The translations under genes and the position numbers were made by a program. From a virus, in the IMG/VR virus record IMGVR_UViG_3300042884_001120, positions 1-64,000 of that record: 64,000 bases of DNA; one strand, given 5' to 3'. How positions within the stretch are numbered: position 1 is the stretch's first letter; each line of letters opens with the position of its first letter. Positions 50,350 through 60,237 of the stretch are shown here, in pieces. Under the pieces are notes generated by a model that saw only the letters and a list, made by a program, of their open reading frames with translations, was not told the origin of the DNA and made no database searches.

Positions 50350-51833
50350 AGCAATTCTTCGCCATCTTGTTCTTCCTTGTAATCTCTATCAAATATATCA
50401 ACCTTTACGCCAGATTTTGAGTCAACAATATCCTGCAACGTTCCCTTTTCCTGAACATCGAAATTATTTACATTAAACGAAATAAAGTTCTTTTTATATT
50501 TGAATTGATTGCCATCTTTAACTTTGATTAGATCATTATGCCCATGAGCATTTTTACCTTGATATCTGGCCGCAAGTTCGATCATCTTATGTGTTCCATA
50601 TTGAATTCCATCTTCAGCCTGTTCCTCTAGAGTCTTTCTTCTAAAGATACCAACGTATGCGGCAAACCACTGTAGACGATCACTCTGCGAGATTGCCGAA
50701 CTATCATCAGCGCCATTTTCCGCACTTCTATTTAGCTGACATGCTGTTAATAGTGGTATATTCAATCTAACAGAAAGATTCTTCAGCGAGTCAACCTTGT
50801 CGCCAATTAACTGATATTCCTGTTTGTTTTTATCGCCAGTTTCGCCAGTAAGCTTGATGTAATCGTAAACAACCATAGCTGGATTACCACGACCAACTTC
50901 ACTTAAATACCATCTCTGAATAATAGATTCAATTTCTTGAACTGGTTTTCCAGCCACCTGCATATGATTAACCCTGCCTTGAATTAGTGAGAGTTCTGTT
51001 TTCTTGCTATTCCATCTGGCCAATAATTCTTTATTATTTTTAAAGTTACCAGTTTCCAAATACCACATCGGAATACCTGTTATGCTACTAGCGATACGAA
51101 ATTTCATTACGTTAGTTTGCATTTCCGTATCAAGGATAAGTGCTCGCATATTAGGATTGATAATAGTAGATTTAGTTGCTATATCATTAAGAATAGTACT
51201 TTTACCATGCTTTGGCCTAGATACCCAAGCATATAATTCACCGGGCCTCAGTCCACCATACATTTGATTAAAATGTTTATATGGTGTCATATAACCAAGT
51301 TCCGCAACTGGCGCGTTGGCCCTCTCTTCAATTAATTGTTCTATATTGGCAAACAAATCCTCTGGTTTTACATCTAAATCATAGGCGCTAATCTTGTCAT
51401 TATACATCTTATCGGCAAGACTGATAATTTGATCTGGATTTTGATCTCCAGAGTTCAACATTGAGTCCTGAATTTGGGAACAGGTGTCAAATAGTTCCCT
51501 GCGAATGGTAACTGTTTTCAGTTCTTTACAGGCCTCAAGAAGAGATTTTTCACTTATTTTGATGAAAGTTAAGCCCTCGATGTAATCGAAAACATTAAAA
51601 TCCTGTTTATTAAATGTAATCCCTAAATTCTTTATCTTCTCCGAAAGAATAACTGCATCCAGAGGATGGTTATGCATTATTTGGTTTTTTATTACATTAA
51701 AAATAGTCTTGTGCCCATTCGTAAAGTCTTGCTCATTGATAAAATGAGAAACGTCATGATATACTTTTGGATGTTTTATGAATCCCGCAAGTACATGTTT
51801 TTCTACGTTAACGCTACGAATTTTTTGCTGCAT
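50346..51833 (-). CDS. dnaB: Replicative DNA helicase
   Basis: GGLRPGEL..RPKHGKS, DTEM, VYDY, CQLNR. Confidence 0.95.
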   Translation of the reverse strand: MQQKIRSVNVEKHVLAGFIKHPKVYHDVSHFINEQDFTNGHKTIFNVIKNQIMHNHPLDAVILSEKIKNLGITFNKQDFNVFDYIEGLTFIKISEKSLLEACKELKTVTIRRELFDTCSQIQDSMLNSGDQNPDQIISLADKMYNDKISAYDLDVKPEDLFANIEQLIEERANAPVAELGYMTPYKHFNQMYGGLRPGELYAWVSRPKHGKSTILNDIATKSTIINPNMRALILDTEMQTNVMKFRIASSITGIPMWYLETGNFKNNKELLARWNSKKTELSLIQGRVNHMQVAGKPVQEIESIIQRWYLSEVGRGNPAMVVYDYIKLTGETGDKNKQEYQLIGDKVDSLKNLSVRLNIPLLTACQLNRSAENGADDSSAISQSDRLQWFAAYVGIFRRKTLEEQAEDGIQYGTHKMIELAARYQGKNAHGHNDLIKVKDGNQFKYKKNFISFNVNNFDVQEKGTLQDIVDSKSGVKVDIFDRDYKEEQDGEELL

Positions 51834-52422
51834 ATATTTTTTGTTCTATAAATTCATGGTAAACCTTTTTTACATCATTTGCAAGATCAGAAAGGTCTTC
51901 CGGAGCATATGTTGGCCAAATTACAGAGTAATCTGCGCTATCTTTAATTAATTTATCATTAATTGATTCGTCCATATTTGCTGGTGGAACAATATCGCCA
52001 TTAATGTCCTTTCTTTCTATATGGATTAGAATACCTTTCATTTTTTCTTTAAGCCAAAAAACTTCGTCTTCTGGATATTGCAGATATCTAACATCTGGAA
52101 CTATGCAAATTTCTGGAGACTCTATTTCTACCTTTTTAGTGAGAAGGTTAGTCCAATACTTTCCTTCTGATTGCTGTCTTTTTACTTTACCATACCAAAC
52201 TAGCATTTCTCTAAAAATAGCCTTTTCTTCTGTCTTGTCAGTCCAAACGTCAAGATTAAGCTTTGATGATATAAACTCCTTACAGTCATGCTTTAGTGGT
52301 TCCGCTAAAGAGCTTTTAATTGCTTTAAAATTATTTTGTTTTAAAATTTCTAAAAGATTATTGGCGAAACTGTCTTTTCCAGATCTGGCGACCCCTCCTA
52401 TGCCTATATAAAAAATACTCAT
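51814..52422 (-). CDS. dNMP kinase-like P-loop kinase
   Basis: GIGGVARSGKD, LAEPLK, IVPDVR..E. Confidence 0.8.
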   Translation of the reverse strand: MSIFYIGIGGVARSGKDSFANNLLEILKQNNFKAIKSSLAEPLKHDCKEFISSKLNLDVWTDKTEEKAIFREMLVWYGKVKRQQSEGKYWTNLLTKKVEIESPEICIVPDVRYLQYPEDEVFWLKEKMKGILIHIERKDINGDIVPPANMDESINDKLIKDSADYSVIWPTYAPEDLSDLANDVKKVYHEFIEQKIYAAKNS

Positions 52423-52456
52423 ATCTAAAGATATGATATCTTTGTCGAGAAGTAAA

Positions 52457-52873
52457 TTAAATTATTTCTATGTCGAATTTTTCTTTAAACCACTCTATTG
52501 TCAGGTCTTTAATTTCGTGATCAAAGATCTCTATAATCTTAAAGCCATTTTGTTCAAGCCAGTTATATTTTTGTAAATCTCTTTTAAATGATTTTTTAAA
52601 TGCAGTTCTATTCTTGTGAAAGAAGGGTACAAATTTATCGTGCTGTTGTCCATGTGTTTCTACGGCAATTTTCTTGGTTAGATTCAGTAGGTCGCACCTC
52701 ATTCTGCTACCCAAAACTGGAAATTCTTCACAAACTATGTTGCTACCCCAGTATGGCTCAAAAAACTTTTTAACATTTGTTTGCGCCTTGCTCCTGCACG
52801 GCTTGTCCCATTCGGCTAAATATGGGGTTATATTCTTGTTTACATATCTGCCGTATAAGTTTTTAAACTTCAT
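52457..52873 (-). CDS. Vsr/DUF559-like endonuclease
   Basis: EEFP..RCD..IAVETHGQQH..RD..K. Confidence 0.75.
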   Translation of the reverse strand: MKFKNLYGRYVNKNITPYLAEWDKPCRSKAQTNVKKFFEPYWGSNIVCEEFPVLGSRMRCDLLNLTKKIAVETHGQQHDKFVPFFHKNRTAFKKSFKRDLQKYNWLEQNGFKIIEIFDHEIKDLTIEWFKEKFDIEII

Positions 52874-52875
52874 AT

Positions 52876-53226
52876 TTAATAACCTATTTTAACTTCGGCG
52901 TATGAACTATCAAACCATTTTTCTTGTAAGGCTTTCTTGGCTAGAAATCTTTTGTAATTTGCAGCATCAACTTCTTTTCCTAGGCAGGGGTCTAGTTTAA
53001 CTGCATCTACCAGCTCGAATGTTTCAAGATTTGCAACGCATAGGTCATTGTATTCTTTACTCTCAATTATATCTGCGGTTTTTTCTTTTCCAATTTGATT
53101 TGAAATTTCATTCAATAAAGCGCTAAAACTATTTAAATGAATGGAGTTTTCTGTGGATTTGATCATCTTGACTTGATAAACAGATAGAATATCAAAGATG
53201 TACCCTTCTGGCAGTGTTACTTTCAT
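52876..53226 (-). CDS. Hypothetical protein in glycan cluster
   Basis: Operonic ORF. Confidence 0.6.
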   Translation of the reverse strand: MKVTLPEGYIFDILSVYQVKMIKSTENSIHLNSFSALLNEISNQIGKEKTADIIESKEYNDLCVANLETFELVDAVKLDPCLGKEVDAANYKRFLAKKALQEKWFDSSYAEVKIGY

Positions 53227-53825
53227 TTTTTTAAATTTATTATTAGTTGCTGTATTTCTTGATGGTGTTTTCCTTCACAAATAATTGGCGAATAAACTGA
53301 TTCATCTACCATGGTTGGATCTATGTACCAGTCTTCAAATTCTTTATTGTCCAGAACTTTAACATCTTTACATATTAACTTTAGCCCATTATGTTTAAAA
53401 ATCTCTCTAGATTTTGTTCGCATATGTTCGTCGCCGGTATAGGCATCATGTTCGAATGTAATGCATCTTACTTTATAAGATTTGAAGTTAAAGCTTTCTA
53501 GGCATGTTAGTGATGCCCCATGATCCAAGTCTAGTGATATATAATCAATTATATTTGGGGCGTTATTTTGATTTAAAATATCACAGATATTTTCTTTTGT
53601 CAAGTCTGCACAAATTGCTGGACTTGCTCTTTTTTGTGAGCAAAGGTTAACAAGATTCGGATCATAATCTACTAATATGCCACTCCATCCCATTTGCTCT
53701 AAAAGGGCAGTGTTATTGTATTTTACTGGTTCATTGCACCCTAAATCTAAAAAGTATCCATTTGTGGAATACTGATTTATATGAGCGGCAAAAACATCTT
53801 GACTCGCCTGAGAATTGGAGTTCAT
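53223..53825 (-). CDS. FkbM-family methyltransferase
   Basis: SQASQD, FLDLG, NNTALLE..GWSG, IDYISLD, ITFEH. Confidence 0.85.
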   Translation of the reverse strand: MNSNSQASQDVFAAHINQYSTNGYFLDLGCNEPVKYNNTALLEQMGWSGILVDYDPNLVNLCSQKRASPAICADLTKENICDILNQNNAPNIIDYISLDLDHGASLTCLESFNFKSYKVRCITFEHDAYTGDEHMRTKSREIFKHNGLKLICKDVKVLDNKEFEDWYIDPTMVDESVYSPIICEGKHHQEIQQLIINLKK

Positions 53826-54634
53826 AGCAAATTATGAATAGAATTTATAATATTGTCAAAATTAATATTACTTGCACTGTCTGCTTCTAGAAAAATAGCA
53901 TTTGGATTAATGGGAGTTCTATTTTGGAGCGGCGCACAATGGGGATACGAGTTGGTGGAGTATAGGCCTAATGTTTTATGTTTATAGCCAGACATTATCC
54001 AGTTCATACCTGTATCTGCGGTAACTAAAAATCTACAGGATCTTGCTACTCTAACGTCTTCAAAAATACTTCCACCCACTGCGGGTAAAGTTGTATTGAG
54101 TTTTTCATGTGATGTCAACCCTAATTGAACTGTCCTTAATCCTAAGGAGTGTATATATTCAATAATTTTATTACTCAAATCTTTTGGTACATCCCTTATC
54201 GCACCGGCGCTTGAAAAGGTTGTGAATGCTACATAGTCATCATATTTTTCAATTTTATCTGGCAAATCAGTTAAATCTATCTGCAGGTTACTTGGGGGTG
54301 TTAGATCATGCATTTTGCACACCGCACTTGTATGGTGCTCATATAGATACCATAAATTATTTTTATGTTGGGGCATTGGATTGAAAACTATGTCAAAATT
54401 ATTATTTTTAATATACTCTAGATCAGCATTCGACGGCCAATTGTCGTAATTCTCCCAAATTTTAATTTCATCTATAAGGGAATTGTTTTCAAAAATTGGC
54501 GCACATGATTGATACTTTTTATTTATCCCAAAAACTAAATGCGATCTAGGATATTTTTCTTTAAATGCTCTACATGCGATTAAATTCATGGCTAAATCGC
54601 CAATTTGTCCTTGATTAAATCCTATTGCTTTCAT
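53822..54634 (-). CDS. GT9-like glycosyltransferase
   Basis: GQIGD...AFKEKYP; VTADTG. Confidence 0.8.
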   Translation of the reverse strand: MKAIGFNQGQIGDLAMNLIACRAFKEKYPRSHLVFGINKKYQSCAPIFENNSLIDEIKIWENYDNWPSNADLEYIKNNNFDIVFNPMPQHKNNLWYLYEHHTSAVCKMHDLTPPSNLQIDLTDLPDKIEKYDDYVAFTTFSSAGAIRDVPKDLSNKIIEYIHSLGLRTVQLGLTSHEKLNTTLPAVGGSIFEDVRVARSCRFLVTADTGMNWIMSGYKHKTLGLYSTNSYPHCAPLQNRTPINPNAIFLEADSASNINFDNIINSIHNLL

Positions 54635-55302
54635 GATATTTTCTCTACAGTGCCAGCTATTAAATCGCGTCTCTCTATATTACCATTCTCGTCTTCCCTG
54701 ACGCTGTATCTTCCGTTATTACAGAATAACATTTCCCAGTTATGGTGAACTTTATAGTTATTTTTTTTAAAATGATTTTGTGTTGATTCCTCGCTCCAGA
54801 ATATTTTGTGCTCAAATGGTCCCGGTCCGCCATAGGCTAAAGTGGGATTTTCTAGTATAGTATTTTTATTAATAAAATGAGCGCGTTCTGAGTATCTATC
54901 ATTATGCCCCGCACCACCAGAAAGGTCAATTGATGCATATTCGCTCTCGCAGGTTTTTATCATTTCGTGTAATTCTTTTTCTTCAAAATCTCTGCACATA
55001 TATTGATCATTTTGTACGTACATACAATAATCTGTATCACAAAAATTAAATAATGTGTTCGTGCCATGACCGCATCCGTAATTTTTCTTGCTGAGTATAA
55101 GCCTATCTATAAGATTAAGATTGTAAAATTCTCCTAAATAATCTTGTGTTCCGCCATTGCTAAGAAGCACGACTTCATAATCATTAAAACGAGTAAACTG
55201 TTTAATAGAAGACAAGCAAGCAGCTGTTTCAGACGGCTTGTTAAAATCCATGACAAGAAATGTCAACTTATGGTTAAAAAGATTTCTATTTCCGTAGTCC
55301 AT
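54631..55302 (-). CDS. GT2-like glycosyltransferase
   Basis: CLSSI, KNYGCGHG.N, YVQND. Confidence 0.75.
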   Translation of the reverse strand: MDYGNRNLFNHKLTFLVMDFNKPSETAACLSSIKQFTRFNDYEVVLLSNGGTQDYLGEFYNLNLIDRLILSKKNYGCGHGTNTLFNFCDTDYCMYVQNDQYMCRDFEEKELHEMIKTCESEYASIDLSGGAGHNDRYSERAHFINKNTILENPTLAYGGPGPFEHKIFWSEESTQNHFKKNNYKVHHNWEMLFCNNGRYSVREDENGNIERRDLIAGTVEKIS

Positions 55303-55304
55303 AA

Positions 55305-56132
55305 TTATATTATATGATCAGAGTAATGATTTAGGTTATTCAAAATAACTTCGGGAAAATATTTATCAATATTAACGCGAGAGAATGGTGTCTCTTTCTT
55401 ATCAAGTTGCTCAAGATGAATAAAAAACCTATCACCCGATTGTTTAAACTTTTCAAAGTGTTCTTTGAATTGCTCCAGTGATGGGAGTTTTGTTTTGTCA
55501 AATGGCTCTATACATGAAAGACTTTTCTGGTAAATTTTTTCATATCCACCTAGCCAGCTAAAGTGCCATCCCGCATTTACTATTAATGGGTAATAATCTT
55601 TACTGTTCCTAATTGATTGGCAGCTATGCTGTTTGAATGTACTGAAATTACATGCCGTGGTTCCCACCCAAGATCTGTTTGAGGCTTTTAAATTTAAAAA
55701 GTATGCAAAAAAATCAAGCTCTAAAGAATAAATTAGGTCATGATTTTTCGGGTCTGAAAAAACTGTTTTTAAAGCCTGTATTGATTGCTGTCTGGGTATT
55801 TCATCAAGATCAGAAATCATTATTATATCTCTGGCATCTGGGTGTAGATCTATTACCGCTTTTTGAATGTAGTTTCTTTGGAAGTTCTCCATATTCCATA
55901 AATTATCATCATTATTAACGCATTCATTTTTTGGTATTTTGATATGCACTATTTTATCTTGGAATTTAGAAAGTTTATGTTTATTGTCTTCAAAGTAAAA
56001 TGGTTTATCCAGAAGACTCTGTGTTACGGCCGCCTCTACTAGTACAAATTTATCTACATGGCTATAAAGTTCTTCTAGCCTTACCTGCAGAAGATCTAGT
56101 TCGTTAAAAAATGTGAAACAATCAATTATCAT
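55305..56132 (-). CDS. GT17-family glycosyltransferase
   Basis: IIDCFTFFNELDLL..R, ENFQRN, ISDLDEIP, GWHFSW. Confidence 0.9.
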   Translation of the reverse strand: MIIDCFTFFNELDLLQVRLEELYSHVDKFVLVEAAVTQSLLDKPFYFEDNKHKLSKFQDKIVHIKIPKNECVNNDDNLWNMENFQRNYIQKAVIDLHPDARDIIMISDLDEIPRQQSIQALKTVFSDPKNHDLIYSLELDFFAYFLNLKASNRSWVGTTACNFSTFKQHSCQSIRNSKDYYPLIVNAGWHFSWLGGYEKIYQKSLSCIEPFDKTKLPSLEQFKEHFEKFKQSGDRFFIHLEQLDKKETPFSRVNIDKYFPEVILNNLNHYSDHII

Positions 56133-56797
56133 AATTTAGGCAGTCTTTCATTGGGTATCAATACTAAATGTTTATGTGTATTCGGGATGGGATTCCAGTC
56201 TGCATCTTGCAATATATTACCATGCGGATTATCAATAATTGAGTATTGGTAGTCTTTTAAGTTATTAAAGTTAAAACCGCCATCCTCAGGCCACTTCCAG
56301 TGAGGATTATTTTGATAGTCATCTTTATTATTTTTTGAAGATGCGTGTATTTCTACATGAATCGTCGGGCGCTTATTCTCGAAAAGGAAATCAAAAGTAT
56401 TTAATACGATGCTTTCCATGCCTTCAATATCCATTTTAATAAAATCTGGTAAATCTATATTATGTATTTTTATAAAATCGTTTAGTCGTGAATATTTAAT
56501 TGGCTGCTCTCTATTTCTTTCTCCGTGAATTCTAAATTCTGAACAGTCTTTAAAGCGAGTGTTACAGTCATAATTTTTATCGTTAAGCGCTATGTTGTAG
56601 CAATGAATATTGTTGTGTCCTGAAGTATTATTCAATAAATCAGAAAAATTTAATGTAGAGGGTTCAAATGTAAATACTTTTCTTGCGCCAAGATTTACAA
56701 ATTTAATACTCATTTCACCAATATATCCGCCAATATCATAAACTATACTATTGGGTTCTAAGTATGTTTGATATAAAATGTCTTCGATGTTATTCAT
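56129..56797 (-). CDS. FkbM-family methyltransferase
   Basis: YDIGGYIG, FEP, FIKMDIEGME, VEIH. Confidence 0.9.
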   Translation of the reverse strand: MNNIEDILYQTYLEPNSIVYDIGGYIGEMSIKFVNLGARKVFTFEPSTLNFSDLLNNTSGHNNIHCYNIALNDKNYDCNTRFKDCSEFRIHGERNREQPIKYSRLNDFIKIHNIDLPDFIKMDIEGMESIVLNTFDFLFENKRPTIHVEIHASSKNNKDDYQNNPHWKWPEDGGFNFNNLKDYQYSIIDNPHGNILQDADWNPIPNTHKHLVLIPNERLPKL

Positions 56798-56799
56798 GG

Positions 56800-57755
56800 T
56801 TATATATATTTTCTTTGTATTATTGTATTTTCTATTGTATTTCCGTATTCGGGAAACATGCTTGATGCTGGATGTAGGGTTGAATTAATTACTAATTGAG
56901 ATATCGCATTTATATCGTAATGCATTGGTAGTACATATTTCTCAAATACTAGCCACCTTAATAGGTGCGAAGGCGCGGGATTAAATGGTTGTTTACAGTA
57001 CTTAGAAAAAACATAGGTAGGTTTTCCGTAGTGTAGTGGGAAATATCTCAATCCAGAGTCTACGCCAATAAAGGCGGAACATGCCTCGCTTAATGCAAAA
57101 AAATCTTCTAGTGAGCAATCTGTCAAAGTAAAGTTTGGATATTGAAGATCTGAGATTTCTTTATAAAAATCCATATATTCGGTTTGACACACCGAAACAA
57201 CCTGCTTACCAGACGCTAATAGCTTTTTAAGCAATGCTATAACATACCACTGTTCAACATTATGATCAGAGTTGGGTCTTGGGTAAAGATGTGTAAGAAT
57301 ATAACTATCTTTAATATCAGACAACTGATTATTTATCTCTGGTCTTGGAAAGAAATAAAAATATCGTTTCCAATCAAAACTATAATTTAGCCAGTCAAGG
57401 TTGTCTATGCACAGGTTATAGAAGTAATCTGAGTCGTTAAGTAGTTTAATATATTGATCTGGTAGATTATCTAGATGGCAGTTATAAACCTCTTCTCCAA
57501 ACTGGCTTTTTACTTTAAAATCTTTACTTTTTCTACTTTCAATTACTTTGCAATTATTATTTGTATAAATACTTGGCCAAGCATACTTAAGCAAATTTAT
57601 CTGTTTGTGGTTATTTTCAGTATCTGAATAGAAATTTAATTGAGCATTAGGGTGCTTTTCCCTGATGGCCGCGACAAATCTATTAGATAGAAGATGATCT
57701 CCGATACCTAACCGCCCTCAAGACGAATAGAAACAGTGTGCTTACTTGGGGGCAA
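56800..57755 (-). CDS. GT9-like glycosyltransferase, interrupted by 5 nt after codon 15
   Basis: TTG-start MPPSKHTVSIRLEGG* (57755-57708), then out-of-frame IGDHLLSNRFVAAIREKHP (from 57705) continuous with track ORF 56800..57594; FIGVDSG. Confidence 0.7.
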
Positions 57756-58584
57756 TTAAACCACCCCCTTGTACTTGTGAAAAAAAATCTTCCATTTTAA
57801 GTTTTTTTCTGTTTAAAAAAATGTTTGCATCTTTATATAGAAAGTTATATATAGATAGTATATCTTCTTGCGAATAAATGCAAGTATTATATAAATTAAA
57901 ATTTGTATATTTAGAGATAGAAACCCTTGGTCTTACTCCTGTAAGCTTTTGTATATGAAACTTAGCTTTTTCGTGCCATTCTTTTGTACTAATGATAGAA
58001 AATTCCCCGTTAATATAATTTCTTTGGTTTTTTTTAATTTTAAAACAGCCATCCCCATCAAACATTCCTCTTATATAGTGCCTAATTAATTCTTTTTGTA
58101 GATTTGGGAATTTTAAATTTACGGTCTTGTCTTGAATGCATCCAAAAGACAATAAGTCTTCACTGATTTTTCTTATGGGAACATAAAGTTTGTGCATGTT
58201 TTTTTTGCCCTTCTTTCCGGGTGGACGGTTTTGTAACGGCCTATCCCCAAAAAATAGAGAACTTATATTTTTTAGTATATAACCATCTTCTTCTTGTAGA
58301 GATATTTCGATCTTTCCTCTTTTTACATCGTTATAACCATCTGCATGAAAGAGCCCTAAAAAATAAGCTTTTTCTTGGGTATCGATGCTTGTAAAAATAT
58401 TTTTATTAGTTGGATATAATATATTTCTTTTTTGTATTGCTCCGTTCTTTTTAAGAACGTAATAAATTTGGTCCTTTGTCAGTCCTAATTCTGAAGAAAT
58501 TTCGTTGTATGGCTTTCCATCTAAATATAAGGATTTCATAGTGCATAACTGCTTTTCGGTGGGATAAAACGGTTCTTGTCTCAT
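57742..58584 (-). mobile_element. Free-standing LAGLIDADG homing endonuclease with N-terminal HTH
   Basis: AYFLGLFHADG and HYIRGMFDGDG. Confidence 0.9.
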
Positions 58585-58622
58585 TAAATGATATTACACT
58601 CCTTCCGATCGTACAGTCGTTA

Positions 58623-59723
58623 TTATTTTGCTAGTGCGCCCTTGAACTTATTGAATAAGTAAAGACAAATTTCTTTATTTTCTTCCAAGAAAGTTCTTAA
58701 CTTTTCCATTCCTTGGATCGTGCTTGGTACTGCTTGCCCAGTTTCTTTTGCTACTTCGTCTATTAATTTAGAATCAAGATTAATCCATGCTCCAGCCTTT
58801 TTTGCAAAACCCCATTGAATTAGCATGTCAGATACTTCGTATTCAATCCAAATGCTATTTCCACCAGTTCTACCATGGCGAATTGGGTACAATATTTCAG
58901 TTCCTTCCTTCTCGTTCGTGGTCTTTCGGAGAAGAATTTTTGCCCAATGACCAATAATTTTTCCATCTTCAACTATCTGGTCTGCTTTATACCTAGGTTG
59001 GAACTCGAAAATCCAATCAGCATAATGCTGTAGAGCATTGCCACCAGAACTATTTGTAAGTTTTGGATCTGTTTTGGCGTACGGATTAATTTGAACATTA
59101 GAACGCACCTGTGAGATTAGCGCGCAAACGTGTCCAAAAGTTGATAGTGGCAACATGATCATTTTTAGAAAATGCGAACTAATAACTGCTCCAGCGGCGA
59201 CTTTTTGACTATCTTCAAAGCCCTTGGCGGCATCGTTTTTAGCGATAAGCGCATCCATGCTATCAATTAAAAAATAATATCTAGATTCGTCTGGATTATT
59301 CTTAATTAATTCCAAGATAATACTTGCAACATTTTCATAAATATTAGTACGCAATACGAAGCAAGTTCCATCAACCCAATCTTCGGCCTTGTCTACAAAC
59401 TTAACTCCAGATACGTTTTTTACATTAGAGTTAAGCCTTCCTTCTGCTTTAACTAGAAAACCCTTACCCTTTGGTACCGTATCTAGGAAATTCTTCATAA
59501 TAAGAAGAGCGGAACTGGTTTTTCCACCACCACTTACTCCAGTAAAACGTAAAATTGCTGGAACTTCTAACGATCCCCCCATCTCTGAATCCAAGAGGAG
59601 TGAGCCCGTAGATACGTTAAAAATTTTTTCGTCTTCAAAGTTATAGTGTTCACCTTTCGTGCTCTTTAGAAAGGATGCTAATACGGATTGACTTGAGTTT
59701 GATTTTACTTCTTCTTTTGCCAT
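58623..59723 (-). CDS. recA: RecA/UvsX-like recombinase
   Basis: VSTGSLLLD, GVSGGGKT, LIDS, ISQVR, SGGNALQHY. Confidence 0.9.
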   Translation of the reverse strand: MAKEEVKSNSSQSVLASFLKSTKGEHYNFEDEKIFNVSTGSLLLDSEMGGSLEVPAILRFTGVSGGGKTSSALLIMKNFLDTVPKGKGFLVKAEGRLNSNVKNVSGVKFVDKAEDWVDGTCFVLRTNIYENVASIILELIKNNPDESRYYFLIDSMDALIAKNDAAKGFEDSQKVAAGAVISSHFLKMIMLPLSTFGHVCALISQVRSNVQINPYAKTDPKLTNSSGGNALQHYADWIFEFQPRYKADQIVEDGKIIGHWAKILLRKTTNEKEGTEILYPIRHGRTGGNSIWIEYEVSDMLIQWGFAKKAGAWINLDSKLIDEVAKETGQAVPSTIQGMEKLRTFLEENKEICLYLFNKFKGALAK

Positions 59724-60223
59724 AAATTTAAAAATTCTCGCACTGTCATAGGTGCTTGTACAGTTTCACCTATTTTTCCCTGAAACTCAATATTATTATT
59801 TTCCAGAACAAAATTCTGTGGTTTTTCAGGTTCAAAAATGAATTTTTTGTATTCAGTATTTAACATTTTCCTTCCTTCGTCGGAAAGGAACCAGCAAAGA
59901 CTATTTAACTGAAATCTTAATGTTAAAGAATTCCAGAATAAATCATTTGGAAAAATTTTTAGGAGAGAATTTACTATCTTCATCTCTCTTGGCCAGACTA
60001 TACTCGCGTCTGGTTTAGTAAACTTTAAAACAAAATCTCTTTTATTTAGACTCGTATTCCGAACAGCCTTCGCAGGTTTCTTTTTGGATTTTGAAAATTT
60101 CCCTCTTTTCGCAGAAGAATCCTTTGTCTGTATAGTTTCCCCCTCTACAGGCACATCTAGTAATAAGTCTTTCCTGCTCATCTTGTGAGCGGAATTTACA
60201 AGTGCTAAGTTTTTCTTCTCCAT
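59705..60223 (-). CDS. Hypothetical basic protein
   Basis: ORF track. Confidence 0.6.
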   Translation of the reverse strand: MEKKNLALVNSAHKMSRKDLLLDVPVEGETIQTKDSSAKRGKFSKSKKKPAKAVRNTSLNKRDFVLKFTKPDASIVWPREMKIVNSLLKIFPNDLFWNSLTLRFQLNSLCWFLSDEGRKMLNTEYKKFIFEPEKPQNFVLENNNIEFQGKIGETVQAPMTVREFLNLWQKKK

Positions 60224-60237
60224 TCATAAGGATTATG

